A stretch of 64,000 bases of DNA from Asterias rubens (lineage: Eukaryota), in assembly GCF_902459465.1 (NCBI RefSeq), contig NC_047081.1, forward strand, positions 2,232,001 through 2,296,000. The letters are read 5' to 3'. The position numbers and the translations under genes were made by a program. This document shows, in pieces, positions 39,382 to 52,102 of this stretch. The stretch's first letter is position 1. Every line of letters starts with the position of its first letter. The notes beneath the pieces are model-generated. The model had not been told where the DNA came from. It saw only the letters and a program-made list of their open reading frames with translations, and did no database searches.

Positions 39382-41749
39382 TGAGCATTGAGGTAGCTCG
39401 ACCAATTTTAGTTGTGGCCCACAGTGGGCTCCATAATCCAAATTTGTCCACAACGGGCGATCCGATTCTACAAAATTATTAATGTTTAGATATGTGGCCA
39501 TCATTGCTGAAGTGCAAACTGGGGGAAATCTGTGCTGGGCACCACAGTGTATGTTGCTCAGAGTGCTGGGCAAAATTTGTTAGTTCTGGGCAGGCCCGCC
39601 CGGCACCGTCTCCCATGGCTACAACACTGTTTGTAAGCACCGGTTGGCCCATGCCAACATTTGGCACATTTATACATAATGTTACCTAAAATGGAGGCCA
39701 TGGATATTTGACCTCCAGCCTCACTTTTGGTCAGAAAACCCCAATGGTGACTCAAGGCTATACCCTAAAGATACAGCCATGAGGAAGGTCTGTTTCTTTG
39801 ACACACCACAGTGCAATAATTCCTAGCATAATCAAGTTCAGTAGGGCCCCTATAGTGTTTAGAATGTTGGTACAGTGTCATTAAGATTAAGAGAACATGC
39901 TGTGGCCACAATGAGAACAAGAGTGGACAAAATAGTCTACCCCCTTTGGCTTGAGAGAGTACTGAAAATCAGCATCTACTATTACTATTGAACACGAGGT
40001 ACCGTACATGACAGTCATATAGACTGTTAAAAAGTGTTAACATCTAACTGCCATCTTGTCTAGTTCCCTGTATCCAGTAACAGTAATGAATACTATTGTT
40101 CATCATACAAAAAGGAACCAGACGTCCTTTTCGGCCAGCTCGGTTTTGTTACATTGATTTGAAGGAGAGGAAAGTCAAGTTGGCCGCACCATGATGAACG
40201 CCGTGGATGACGCGATCGGAAGTAAGGCATTTAAAATGATCAGGGCGATAACGCCAATCCGAATCCCACGAAACTGCGCTCACACACTCACCGTCAATCA
40301 TTCTGACAAATATTGTACTTTTAATCCCGCACTTAAGCTCACTAGATCATTTCTATCCACAGCCAATAAGCTAAGATTAGATAAAGTTTTAACGAGGCTG
40401 AGGCCGAGAAACAAACAAGCTGGGGTCCCCAAGCTTCACCTGCCGCTATCTCTTAACAGTTGCTGCGACACCGCGGAATGTTTTAGCTGCAATCAGAACT
40501 CTCAATTAAAGAGATAGGGGCCAGTGTGGACAGATAACCGCTGCCTGGTAACCTAGCTTCTCGAGTGGATACAGCGAAATGAAACACTGTGGAAGGGAAC
40601 TCAGGCATTTAATCAGGTGAGCTGACTATGTAGCTAAGAAGAGTCTGCCACCCTGAGTTGAGTTTATTAGCTTTGAAATTTACACAAACGTATCAGCGAT
40701 TAGAATTCTAACAAACATGCTCTGGATATCTAGAATTTCTTTATGTATGATTGGTTTAAACTACACAATGACAGCACTACTAAACTGTCACTCATCATAC
40801 TTTTGAGGTATCTAGAACATGATTAATTGCGTACACCTTTGCTGGTGTGGGCATGTGGGCAGTTATTTAGGTAAAGTGGCCATAGTCTGATCATAGTCTG
40901 ATGCAGCTCACAGTCACAACCCTTGTTCAGTTGTCACTGTGAACGACCTGGATGTGATTTCTCTACACAAAATGGTGGTAAGGTGGCTCATTGGATGTGA
41001 TATTGGTTAATGATAGGGTACCTGTGGCCTTGGTAACAACTAACTATGTAGAAGAGGCTTGGTTTGTGTCCAGACCCACTCCACTTAAAAAACCCTAACA
41101 GGAACTTCATTACATTTCGCTCGCTGCATCTGTACTGCCAAGTAGAGGATGTTCAATTGCAGCACTACCAAAAATGCAGTCTAGTCTGGCACTATGAGTA
41201 TGAATTCGCCCACACATTTTTTGGGGGACACAGAATGGCTTCTAATGGCAAATTGTCGCAACTCTATAAAAACAATATGGCTCTGGGAAATGGCAGTACC
41301 ACAGAGAAAGAAATTAGCAGCACAGAGAGCTATTATGATGGTAGGCTCATACCATGACAGTAGGCCTGCTTCTTTGTTCTTGAAGGCAGTTTTCACCTTG
41401 GATTACTTCTAGGGGCAGCAAGGCAGGAACCAGAACAAGCCTGTATGGGGCAAGGGCACCAAGGCATTTTCTTCTTGATATAGGCACCCTCTGATGTAGA
41501 AATTGTTAATTTCTACTGGAGCATTTCAAGGGTACTATCAACCTCTCTCCATTACTCGTTACCAAGTAAGGTTTTATGCTAACACGTATTAAATTTGAGT
41601 AATTACCAATAGTGTCCACTGCCTTTAACAAACTACAAGTCCTGTCGGGGCTTTTTAAGGCCTGGACACTTTACACTGGTCACAATGGTTCAATTAATCA
41701 CACCACATCACTATCAGACACATGAGTTCCTTCCCTTCTGCGATTGAAT

Positions 41750-42700
41750 TAACAGAGCCTCTACAAGACCGAGTGGAAGTAATCATGTATGACATCATTA
41801 GAACAGACTAACAGGAATTCCACAGTCGTAGAAATTACCCGCTTGACTTGAGATTGTCAGTTTGCAAGACTTCTCTTCCCTACTATCTAAAGAAAAAGAA
41901 GAGGATCTGAGGGAACTGACAGATAGATGGATAAGAATCTTCACCCACCTAAATTCCTCTCATTGTTACATCTCAGAAACCTGCTTCCATTTAATCATTA
42001 ACTCTTTAAATGAGCAATAACCAATGTGATCAGCAACATCTGGCTACGTTTTACTCACAATAAAAAGCCCATCTGAAGCAATTAAAGTCATACATTCCAA
42101 ATTACCGAACAACTTCTGTTCACACCAAGCGCCAAGTAGTTTCAAATCATTAAGAATACCTGTTTATATCCTCTACATAAAGTTCCTACCCAGTAAGGAC
42201 AGTTACTTGTAAAACTTATTTACTTGTTAATTGTTTTTTTAAGCAGCACAATTACTTTTTAATATGAATCTTCAAATCTTGGGATTACTGCTTTTTACAG
42301 ACAGTGTATTATCATTGCTAAATCCACAGCTACAATGGGATTCAATAAACACTTAGACATAACTGTTACTGGGGACCACCTAGCTGTTTAGCCAGGAAAG
42401 GGGGCATTAAAGAAGGAATTCAACCACAAAGGGGATTCTGTTGATTAAATAAGTGTTATCTGACAGCTGGGAACTGTTTAGAGAAGGAGCACACAGTGAC
42501 AATTGTGGGTTAACACTTTGAAGTGTGAGCTAAACTGATAAAAGCAATCAATTACAAATTTAGGTTATCTAAAAATCTGTTTATGTTTTAACCTTTGAGG
42601 AAGACTCTGCTAGGGTCGAAATATTTGGCCATTAACTTTGTTTTGCATTATACTTTAGGTCCTTTAGGTTGGTCGTCATCAAATCACAATCGTGCACGAT
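41750..42700 (+). mobile_element. Possible decayed Penelope-like element 3' region ending in a hammerhead-like motif (42592-42628)
   Basis: EEDLRELTDRWIRIF resembles the RE..FWI end of PLE GIY-YIG domains; downstream (U)UGAGGA-A-GACUCU-gcu-AGGGUC-GAAA-UAU-U-UGG. Confidence 0.4.
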
Positions 42701-43245
42701 CTTAGAACCTGTGCGCACCTACTTCTATTTTCGAAAAACTCTTTTGATACACACTTTTTAATGTTAAGGAGTGCAACGGGCCACTGGGCAAATTTGATGC
42801 TTTAAAATAAGGACAAATTCTAAGGAATTCAGCTTACAAGGGTTTATTGGTGATGGTAGAGGCTTTGGCCGACTCTAAGCTATTTAATAATAATCTTACA
42901 GGTTTTCTGAGATCAAGACAGAAGAGTAATCAGATATCCGATTTAAATCAGACGAATTATGATGCCTGATGTGAAACCATAGCTGTAATCTAAATTAAAG
43001 AGGCCAGTTCAATGATGCTTCAATTCAACAATTTTAGTTTATATAAAAACAATTGCATAATTTTTAGAAAATTGCTTGCCTGTTCAAATTATAGTCTCTT
43101 GAAAAAAATTACACAGAAATCAAATCAAATTCAAGCAAATTATAAACATTATTAGAAAAAAAAAGAAAAAAAAAAAAAAATACTTCACTTCACATCTCCT
43201 TAACTCTAACAATATTTGGTTAAACTCAAGTGTTACACCATTTCC

Positions 43246-43411
43246 CAGTCCTGGAATTTCATCTTTGAGAGGGCAAGGCCATTTTCATTTTGAAAAGGGC
43301 ACTTCCATTGGAAAATTTTAAAGTCTATGGGAATTTTTGAAAGGGCACCAAGGCCAAGACAAGGGCAACGGAGGCCATTGCCTCTGTGGCCTGCGTGAAA
43401 TGACATGCCTG
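43246..43411. mobile_element. CAG-terminal MITE (related subfamily) with perfect 6-bp TSD
   Basis: cagtcctg...catgcctg termini; ATTTCC at 43240-43245 and 43412-43417. Confidence 0.85.
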
Positions 43412-43463
43412 ATTTCCCAACCACCTCCGAGAGAGTAAGCATTGGATATTTTTGGAATACTGT

Positions 43464-43732
43464 CCCAGGTCAAAATTCCAGTTGAACCTAGTTAACTGGG
43501 GTCAACTGGTTCAACTGGAAAGTGACCAAACTCGTCCATTTTCCATATTAACCAACTGGTTTGGACTAGGTTTAACTGTGTTCAACTAGGTTGAAATTAT
43601 AAACCAGTTGGTTTCTGTCCATTTTCCATATTAAACCAACTGGTTTTAACTGTGTTTAACTAGTTTATCAACTGGTTTCAACTATTTCCAGTTAAACCCA
43701 GTAACTAGGTTCAACTGGAATTTCGACCTGGG
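43464..43732. mobile_element. Palindromic TIR element rich in AACTGG/CCAGTT subrepeats
   Basis: cccaggtcaaaattccagttgaacctagtta / taactaggttcaactggaatttcgacctggg; no clear TSD. Confidence 0.8.
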
Positions 43733-44298
43733 ATAACTTACACACCTTTTCGGATTGGTTTAGAAACATTCAGGAGAAAATGGCAACAATCCTAAAAACT
43801 TCACAGCATAGGCCTGCTCCTCAACTCAAACAAAATTAAGTGTACACAAATTTCCAACCACCTCTGAGAGAGAGGAAGTATTGTATACTGTTTTACCGAA
43901 AACTACAAATCTTGATTGGCTTAGAAGGAGAAAAAGTCCTCCCCAGATGTCACAACAGCCTGGCAGCCAACGGGATAGTTATAAATTAGGTTGTTTACTC
44001 AATATCAGTAACACTAAAGTCTGGCCCTGCCCGGAGCCACCGTAGCCACACAGTTGAATAACAACCTCATCGAGTCTGTACTTTTGATTCAGTTAAAACA
44101 TGAAACAAGTATTCTTACACACTTTTTGTTATTCCTTCACAGGGGCAAGAAACTATCTTTGTTTGATTTTGTTTTTTATGGTGAAGCAAACAGCATGTCA
44201 ACAGAGCAAATAAATCGCGATGGTCGGTATTATTTGATCAGTAAACACGGGTAAACCTCCTGTAATCGTAAGAAACAGATCGCCAAACAGATACTCAC

Positions 44299-44408
44299 GA
44301 GTCTAAATCAAGTGTTCTTAGTTCTTTAATGAGAAGTACTAAAATAGTTTCTACTGACCCAACTCGCCTGATGACGTCATCAGTCACATGATCAATCTTG
44401 CTCGCCAT
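44299..44408 (-). CDS. Candidate first exon (MASKIDHVTDDVIRRVGSVETILVLLIKELRTLDLD), possibly non-coding promoter sequence
   Basis: aaaaATGGCG start, 36 open codons, canonical donor CTC|gtgagt; overlaps CRE and E-box motifs. Confidence 0.3.
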
Positions 44409-45132
44409 TTTTGGAGTCTGGGACCGATTTTACAAGAACATACAGAGTTGAGATTGATTTGAACTGATTATCATTCTTAATTGCTAAGCAAAGTGCGCTG
44501 TCACAAAACAATTGCGAACCAGTACTACAGCATAGACATTATGTAATACGATGACGTCATTTGAAAAGGGCGCCCCCACCAACAGGGGTTATGTTCATTA
44601 GACAATCCTGTGTGCCGTGCACACACAAATTGCCAGACTAATAATTGTGATTTGTGATATAACAGCGCAACTGAACCCAACAGTCCATATTTCTGAAGAT
44701 TAAAATCCCAAGTCTGACTTTAAATAAAAGTATTCTAAGAGGCTCTTTATGTGTTTAGTAATCTGTCAAAGGAAGGAAATCAAGTAAAAATGCATCTGAC
44801 TTATCATGGAGCCAATCCTGTCTAGAGTTTTGTCACATTATTGTATGTCGTTGCTAATTAATTTACATCTTTTAATTAAAATCACACGTTTAATTACACT
44901 CTCCACAATGATAAAAGAGGCATAAAACTGCCCCGAGCCTGAGTAGATATTACAAATATTTGAACTGCATAATAATAGCAAAAAGTTCAAAGTGATTGTA
45001 AGTTTATCTAAGTACAAGTTTATAAAAAAAAAGAATTTAAAAAAAAACATCCATATTTTGTATATTATTTCTCGTGCAATTCCTGATATAATACTATTTC
45101 CAAAGGGTCGTGAGCAAAGATGGGTGCAATAC

Positions 45133-45400
45133 CTAATCCCAGACTACAAGTTCATTGTATCTACTGCAATTTTCATTACGTTTTCCATCATTTGGAGACA
45201 GAAAATTGGCCACAATTGTGACCCGGAGTAAGAGACAGCGAAAGAGAGAGAGAGAGACGAAGAGAAATCCGAGCCCCAGCAAACATCAGGGAAATTGAAA
45301 CGAATCCTGGGGAGCAAATCAAAAATCTGTCAGCGCATTCCCCTCCCTTCGATTCCGCAAATTGGTTGCTACTCGGAGACCAATCAGCGTTTGGGTCGTA
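45133..45400 (-). promoter_or_regulatory. Candidate promoter with two opposed CCAAT boxes, (CT)n leader and a donor at 45132
   Basis: attgg (about 45361) and ccaat (about 45381), CpG-rich, (GA)n at about 45244-45258, TAG|gtattg. Confidence 0.3.
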
Positions 45401-46674
45401 GCTCGGTTTTAGCAATGGATACCTAGTGTAATGCATCTTGCCTGTCAGTCACCCCCCTCTGATGAAACCAGCTATGACATGCCTCCCTCCCTCCCTTCCA
45501 GCCCCCCCCCCCAATTCCAAATTCTGTAAACCTCATCTATGATTCCCAAAAGTGACACTTTATACAACACTATAATATCATGTTTTCCTTGCCACATTTT
45601 TGAAGAGGGTGCTGTGGTTTGCTTACTCAACTTCTGCTTTTTAATATCAGATCATGGTATTACTATTAGCCAGAGGGGTAATTCCATTTTCCCTAAACCT
45701 CATACTATACGATTCCAAAAGTGACATGTCTGATTTTATACAACACTATTAATTTTTCCTAGCTAGCCCCGTTTTCAGAGAGAGTCCTTATGTTTTTGTT
45801 GTCCAACTTCTGTTTTTATAAATTTAGATACCTATTGGGAAAATATGAAGCCCAATGCAAAGCAAGGGAAACTAGAAATGTAACGTCTTCATTCTGATGT
45901 TCCTTTAAATTCAATTTCAGACATCTTTAGTTTTGTTTAAAATGTCCAGACCTCAGGGTTCACCCTATATTTTTTTTCGGAAACCAGCCTGCAGGGCCAG
46001 CTTTCTGTGTCATTTTTTTTTTTTTAGACCCACAATAGTTTTCAATATAGTGCATCATATAGAAGTTGACCAGCAGGCTTGGTGAAAAATTAGGCTGGTC
46101 CTCCTTGTAACCAAACCATAGAGCTTGCTCCATGATTTGATTAAACTAGAACTAGCAGACCCAAGTCTGAGAAAGGAGAACTACAATGTGGCTATACGTG
46201 GTATTAAATGACTGCCAAAGCTTCGCTCTGCATAGCAACACCGCATTCAAACCTCACCTGTAAGACGTGTCAAGCAGTGTGTGCATAACATTTTCCATCT
46301 TTTGGGGTATCTTATTTTGATATGAAAATTACCCCTGGTGCGTGATTCCTCAAGCGTTTTTTTTTTCTACTGATCAGGGAAGTTTTCTTTTGAGAGCTTT
46401 TACACAGGACATGTGGTCTCAATTATGAATAAAAATGGCGATTATTTAAACCAGCATGACCAGTGGTGGTTTGCCCTGATACAAATTATACTTTTAACCC
46501 AGTGACAGGGAGACTACACTATGTGATGGAACCACAAACTGCTGGTTCAAGCAGGGAAGTTACTATAATAGCTTAGTAATCACACTTGAAATTAATGGCA
46601 ATAAAAACTTACTTGGTTGAGAGTACAACAGCTTTTCAGTAAAGCATATTTTGTTGAAGTAATTATAAACTTCA

Positions 46675-47045
46675 AGGCAGTGGACACTGTTGGTAATTAC
46701 TCAAACTAGTTATTAGCATAAAACCTTACTTGGTAACAAGTAATGGGGAAAGGTTGATAACATTCTGAGAAACGGCTCCCTCTGAAGTGACTTAGTTTTC
46801 GAGAAAGGAGTAATTTTCCACTAAAATTTTGAGGCCTCAGATTTAGAATTTGAGGTCTCGAGCATCTGAAAGCACAAAACTTGGTGTGACAAGGGTGTTT
46901 TTTTGTTTCATTAGGGGGCCTTATCTCGCAACTTTGACGACCAATTGAGTTCAAATTTTCACAGGTTTGTTATTTTATGCATATTGTTGAGATACACCAA
47001 GTGAGAAGACTGGTCTTTGACAATTACCAATAGTGTCCAGTGTCT
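46675..47045. mobile_element. Kolobok-like MITE family A
   Basis: aggcagtggacactgttgg / ccaatagtgtccagtgtct|TTAA. Confidence 0.85.
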
Positions 47046-47764
47046 TTAAGGGTCAAAAAGCTCAAGACCAGGGTTTAATTTTCACTTTCATAGAGCCAGG
47101 TTAAGCAGAAATTATTGGTTAACGAAGTGAGTAGAAAGCCAGTCAAAATTTTTCATGTGACATAGTTTGGCTGGTAACCTTATTCTGGTATAGCATTATT
47201 TTGTTGTGTTTAGCTACTTTTTGTGCTCAAAAAGCTCTATGAAGTTTGAACCACAGGGCAAAGGCCCGTGTTCTTCCAAGCTTGTCCAGTCTGAATAAAC
47301 ATATCCCCCATCACTAGCCCATCGGTCATTAGGTAGATGCTTACTGGGCATATTTAACTATAGGAGTCCACTATTGATCGTTAGAACACACAGGGGTTGG
47401 AAAGCACCCTCTTAACTCCAATGATGCACCTCTCGTGTCTGAGTTCGGCTGTCTCTGAGCATACCCCAATTCTGCACCGCTCCGCCCATGAGTGAGCGCT
47501 TGAGTCGCGCAATGGTACTTGTATTTGATGAGCCACTGCGTTGAACCGCTAGCTTTACGCTCTGCAGCATGATCCCCAGGGTTATCTGAGAGTTTTTAAT
47601 AGTAATGGCCCAATGACCAGGTGTAACAACACCATATTGCCCAGCACGTTGTCACTGGTAGAACCAGTGTAGTATAATGGGAGTTCTGATCCCCCTTGTT
47701 CTTTGTTCTCCTCCCCATCATATCTCCCTCCTCTCTCTCAAGACAACTGTAGGTTGCATTTTAA

Positions 47765-48066
47765 AGGCACTGGACATGTTCGGTAATTCATTGTCAAAGA
47801 CCAGTGCTCTCACTTGGTGCATGGAGGTGCTTGCTGTATCCCAACATATGCATACAATAACGAACCGGTGAAATTTTGGGCTTGATCAGTCATCGAAGTT
47901 GCAAGAGAAAAATTATTTTAAAAAAACCTTGTTTCACAAATTTGTGAGCTTTTAGATGCATAATAAAAGGATTTAAGGCCTGCAGTCTTTTAATATTTGA
48001 GTGAGAAAGTGCCTCTGTCTGATGACAATTTTTTTTAAAGTAATTACCAATAGTGTCCAGTGCCCT
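47765..48066. mobile_element. Kolobok-like MITE family A
   Basis: TTAA|aggcactggac left end, gtgtccagtgcc right end. Confidence 0.8.
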
Positions 48067-50197
48067 TTAAACCGTGACCGAACGACATATGGTGTCATTC
48101 GACATCTGGATTATATATCAAGTCAAAGCGAAATGATTCTTATATTCAATTTAAAAATATGTCTCTGCCAATCATTTCAAATATTGTTTGCTGGATTAAA
48201 GATGATGTTTCTCGTGACAAAGGGGATTGCGGACTCATTACCATGACAAATTGTCTACGGAAATTCCAATTATGTTTTATCGCCATACCGCGGTTGTACC
48301 ATGTGGGGGGATTTTGTTGTTGCTTGTACAAATTACAGGACAATTTCCTTTCATGGAGGGAGAGCGCTGAATGGTTTCCCATCATGTAATAAACCTCCTG
48401 CCTATCACAAACGTCAACAATTCTCCATGACCTGATTAGAGATTTGATTAAAATAGTAAACACTTGCTCCAACTGGGGTGATATAATACACAATGCAGTA
48501 ATGAAGACAAAAAAAGAAGTCCATTTGATGCTCGAGTCAACGTTTAGAATTTATATCCCATTTATAAACTAGGGTGAAGCTTACTACGATCAACCCTAAT
48601 ATAAACATTAATTTTCACTCAATGGATGACTTTCCCCGTAACAAACTGAAAACAGGACCATGGCTTGGCGTTATCAAAGACGTGGTTAATCGTTAACAAA
48701 GTGGCAGCTGCTTCAACTAGAACATGAGGCTCTACCCATATCATTGTAGCAAAAATTAATGTTTACTAAAGACATTAGCTAGGCTAATGATTTGGAACAT
48801 TAAATTTTTCCTACTGTCATAAGGGAATATGTTACTTTATCTACATTATGTCATTAAATTCCAAAGACACTTTCTTTCCATGCTAATTGCTTTTATGTGC
48901 GCCATGATCTTGATGGAATAAGGCCGTACAAATATTAACTCTTACACTGTGCATGTATTTTATGTTATTGTTATGTTATGAAATGGTGTTGACACAGGGG
49001 AGTGTCTGAGTGTCTTTTGGACCACCCGTTTTATCTGTCATTTATATGTTTAAATGTGTAATGTAGTCAGTCAACAATTTGGACACCAAGTCTTTAAATT
49101 TTAAGCAAACTTGGCAGCCCTTTCATGAAATCCTAGATAAAACCTTGACATTAAATATGCTGACCATCATTAAACACATATTATGATGTCAAAATAACAT
49201 TGTCCATTTCAGGGTGAAACAGCTACTCAATCGCAGAAAATAAAAAGCTAAAATAGTACAAACAGCTACATACATGTACATATGATGTTACTAAATTAGG
49301 CCCTACAGTCATTTTCAGCTACTTCTTGTGAAAATGTTTTTTTTTTAAAGGAAGTATCTACTGGAAATAAACATATTTTGTAGCCAAAAAGTCACACTCA
49401 ATAGTCCTACATTATTAACCAAGGAAATCCCATATTTTTCTCAAAACACTAAGTCGTTGCTATGAATGATTAATAATTGCAGTATTCGAGCAAAGAAGGG
49501 GGCTGTCTTATAAATAGCTTGTAAATAGCAAGTGTTGCACATTTCCTTTAAAAGTCCAATTCATAATTCATTGACTGAGTTTGGTTTAATTTTTAATTTC
49601 TCAAGATGGAGGCTGACGCAATTGTAAAGCAGCAGAGTCTCTGTCAGTCGACGATGATTGATATATTTTGAAAGATTGATCGTTCAATATGCAATTTGCA
49701 AACATGACTGCTTTATTTCACACAGTCTAGAATACATGTTAGGCCTTTTATATGATTTGGCGTCTTGTCAGTGAAACCACTATACAAGATGATCATGAAG
49801 CCCTCCAGTATGTAGGCCAAACCTGGAATCATTTGGGACGCCTTGGTGCCCCTGAAATGCTGTAGAAATTAACAATGTCCTCATATGGTGCCCTTTACAA
49901 AGGAGAAAATGCCTTGATGCTCATGCCCTCGTCAAAAATGAAGCATACATGCCTGAAACACTCTCTCATCTTTTGTAAAAATAAAATATTAAATATTATA
50001 CAACAAATTATATTACAAATCAAATAAAAATAGCACTAAAAATCAAGTGATTCATACAGTATGCAAGCCCTTCAGTACGTAGGCCCACCCTGGAATCATT
50101 ACACACACAAAAAATAATAATAATAAATAAAAAATGTATTTAAAAAAAAATAACCCTGAAAAACCAACGATGAAGTAAGACCATTAAGAGTCCTTAC

Positions 50198-50592
50198 TTC
50201 TTGTTCTTGCTTCTAGGTTGGTTGTAGTTCTCCTAAAAAAAAAAAAAAAAAATCAACACAAAAATACACTGCCAGTTGTTTGCATCTGAGAATTGGGGCA
50301 GTTACCAACCAAAACCGACTTACACATGAGCAACTAAGCACAATCACAATCTCCGAAAAAGATCTGATAAAGGAAATCCACAGTGAAGTTTGAACTGATT
50401 TCATTAAAACGTTCCGACACATTACTCCATTTTCTATAAACAGCACACAGCAAAGCCTCTCGGTACACCAGCGTTTCGTACCATACCTCTACTCTCCCCC
50501 GGCCCAATCCGCCTACTGTACTCACCCCCAATTATCCAAATTGAGGGTGTATTGGTTACAGGATTACGGGTTTTAAGCCGCCCGGCAGCCAT
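50198..50592 (-). CDS. Candidate three-exon 5' end (50592-50526, 50433-50324, 50232-50198); product unknown or uORF
   Basis: ETS site ttccggaa directly before ATGGCTGCC; donors gtgagt, gtaagt, gtaagg; acceptors tgctgtttatag and T17-ag; introns of 92 and 91 nt; one continuous frame MAAGRLKTRNPVTNTPSIWIIGENGV...SCENYNQPRSKNK. Confidence 0.4.
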
Positions 50593-51746
50593 TTCCGGAA
50601 CAAAACACAGCACAGCCAATGGGTACCCGTGACCTAGGATCCTCAGGTCAACCAATACCCCCCCCCCCCCCCCCCCCCAATGAAAAAAAAAAGGAACAAC
50701 CACACCAAATTATGTTTGTTTAGTCTTCAGACCATCCTCTGACTATCTGTAGAACCCACCATTATAAACACCATCAGCTGATCTTCCTACACACACAGGT
50801 TATACATTGGTCAACATGACCATTCTATTTAATAATATAAAATGCATTCTCCGTGATCAAATCTTATCAAAGTAAACAGAAGACGAACCAACGATGGTGG
50901 ATTACATGCCCCACGATCCCCAGTGATTACCTCCAAGCCAGAGTTGACCCAGAAAAACATAAGACTTTTTACATAAACAAGCAAGACCAAAAGTTAAAGA
51001 AAAAATATATATATTTAATTCCACAAACATGGGTACGTGCAAAGAAATGCTTGCAGTTGCACATGCAAGTCTGTGTATGTTTAAAGTGACAGACAAATCT
51101 TTACAGTTGTCTTCATCTGTTTGTTTTTTAATTAAGTCACTATCCAAGATAATATTATCAATAATATTTCAAAATCAAAGTGCTTGATAAGCCTTCAAAT
51201 TAGTCAAATGGTTTTCTGCATCAAGTTAACATTGTACAGAATAACTCTTCATGTGTTTTTATGGAAGATAAAACTGTCGATCTAAATGAAAACTACCAAC
51301 ATGAACGTTTCTTAGTGCGGGAAGACTCAAGTCTGAGCTGCCATTTAGCAGGGAAAAAAACATGAGGATTGTCTTGGTATTGGTACCGTATTAATAGGGT
51401 TTTTTTTTCCACTTGTAATTACACTTGTAAAAGAAACAAAATCGTGCACTTCCAAAATTATAGACACAAAAAATGTAAATTGAATTCCAAAGCGCACACA
51501 CATAGAACGTTATATGCACTACCTAATAAGCAAAATCATGCTGCATATAGAAGTTCAACACACGGCTATGAAATATTGCAGAATATCATTTTTTTTGTGC
51601 CCCATCCGCTAGAAAACAATTACCCACAAACTTCACCTTGCAAAGACAAAATTTCATCTCAAATCACGATATTGGAGTGCCTTATAAACACACCTGTTAC
51701 CCGGTCTTTTAGAAAATATTATTTGAGGTAAATCACAAGGTCTTAA

Positions 51747-52102
51747 AGGTACTGGACACGTTTGGTAATTGTCAAAGACCAGTATTCTCACTGGGTATGT
51801 GCCAACATATGCATAAAATAACTGGAAATTTGTACATAAAAATCAAAGTTGCAAGAGAATAATGAAAGAAAATCACCTTTGTTGCACAAACGTGTGTGCT
51901 TTCAGATTCCTTGTATAAAAGGCTTCAGGCCTGTCGTTTATTATTGAGTGAAAAATTACCCATTTCTCAAGGAACTACGTTCAGGCGGTGCTGTTTCTCA
52001 CAATGTTTTATACTACAACGGCTCTCGATTGCTCTCTACCAAGTAAGTTTTATGCTAACAACTAATTTGAGTAATTAAGGCAACTAATAGTGTCCAGTGT
52101 CT
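51747..52102. mobile_element. Kolobok-like MITE family A
   Basis: TTAA TSD both sides; aggtactggacac / gtgtccagtgtct. Confidence 0.85.

Noticed and set aside
39492-39689. CAGHHSVCCSEC looks RING-like
   Set aside because: Remaining ligands are absent, spacing is wrong and splice sites are weak.
40191-40305. Box C (ATGATGA) ... box D (CTGA) snoRNA-like spacing; also MNAVDDAIG similarity to sulfatases
   Set aside because: No terminal stem and only an 8-nt rRNA complement; the protein similarity is too short.
40292-40397. Minus-strand LSNLSLLAVDRNDLVSLSAGL fits an LRR consensus
   Set aside because: An in-frame TGA lies 6 nt before the only strong donor, and no neighbouring LRR exons were found.
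43464-43732. Regularly recurring short repeats, CRISPR-like at first sight
   Set aside because: Subrepeats within a palindromic TIR element; no constant repeat/unique spacer pattern, and the context is eukaryotic.
48146-48493. One of the longest non-repeat ORFs (115 aa); CTNYRTIS on the opposite strand resembles a LINE RT motif
   Set aside because: No further RT motifs and no recognisable domain.
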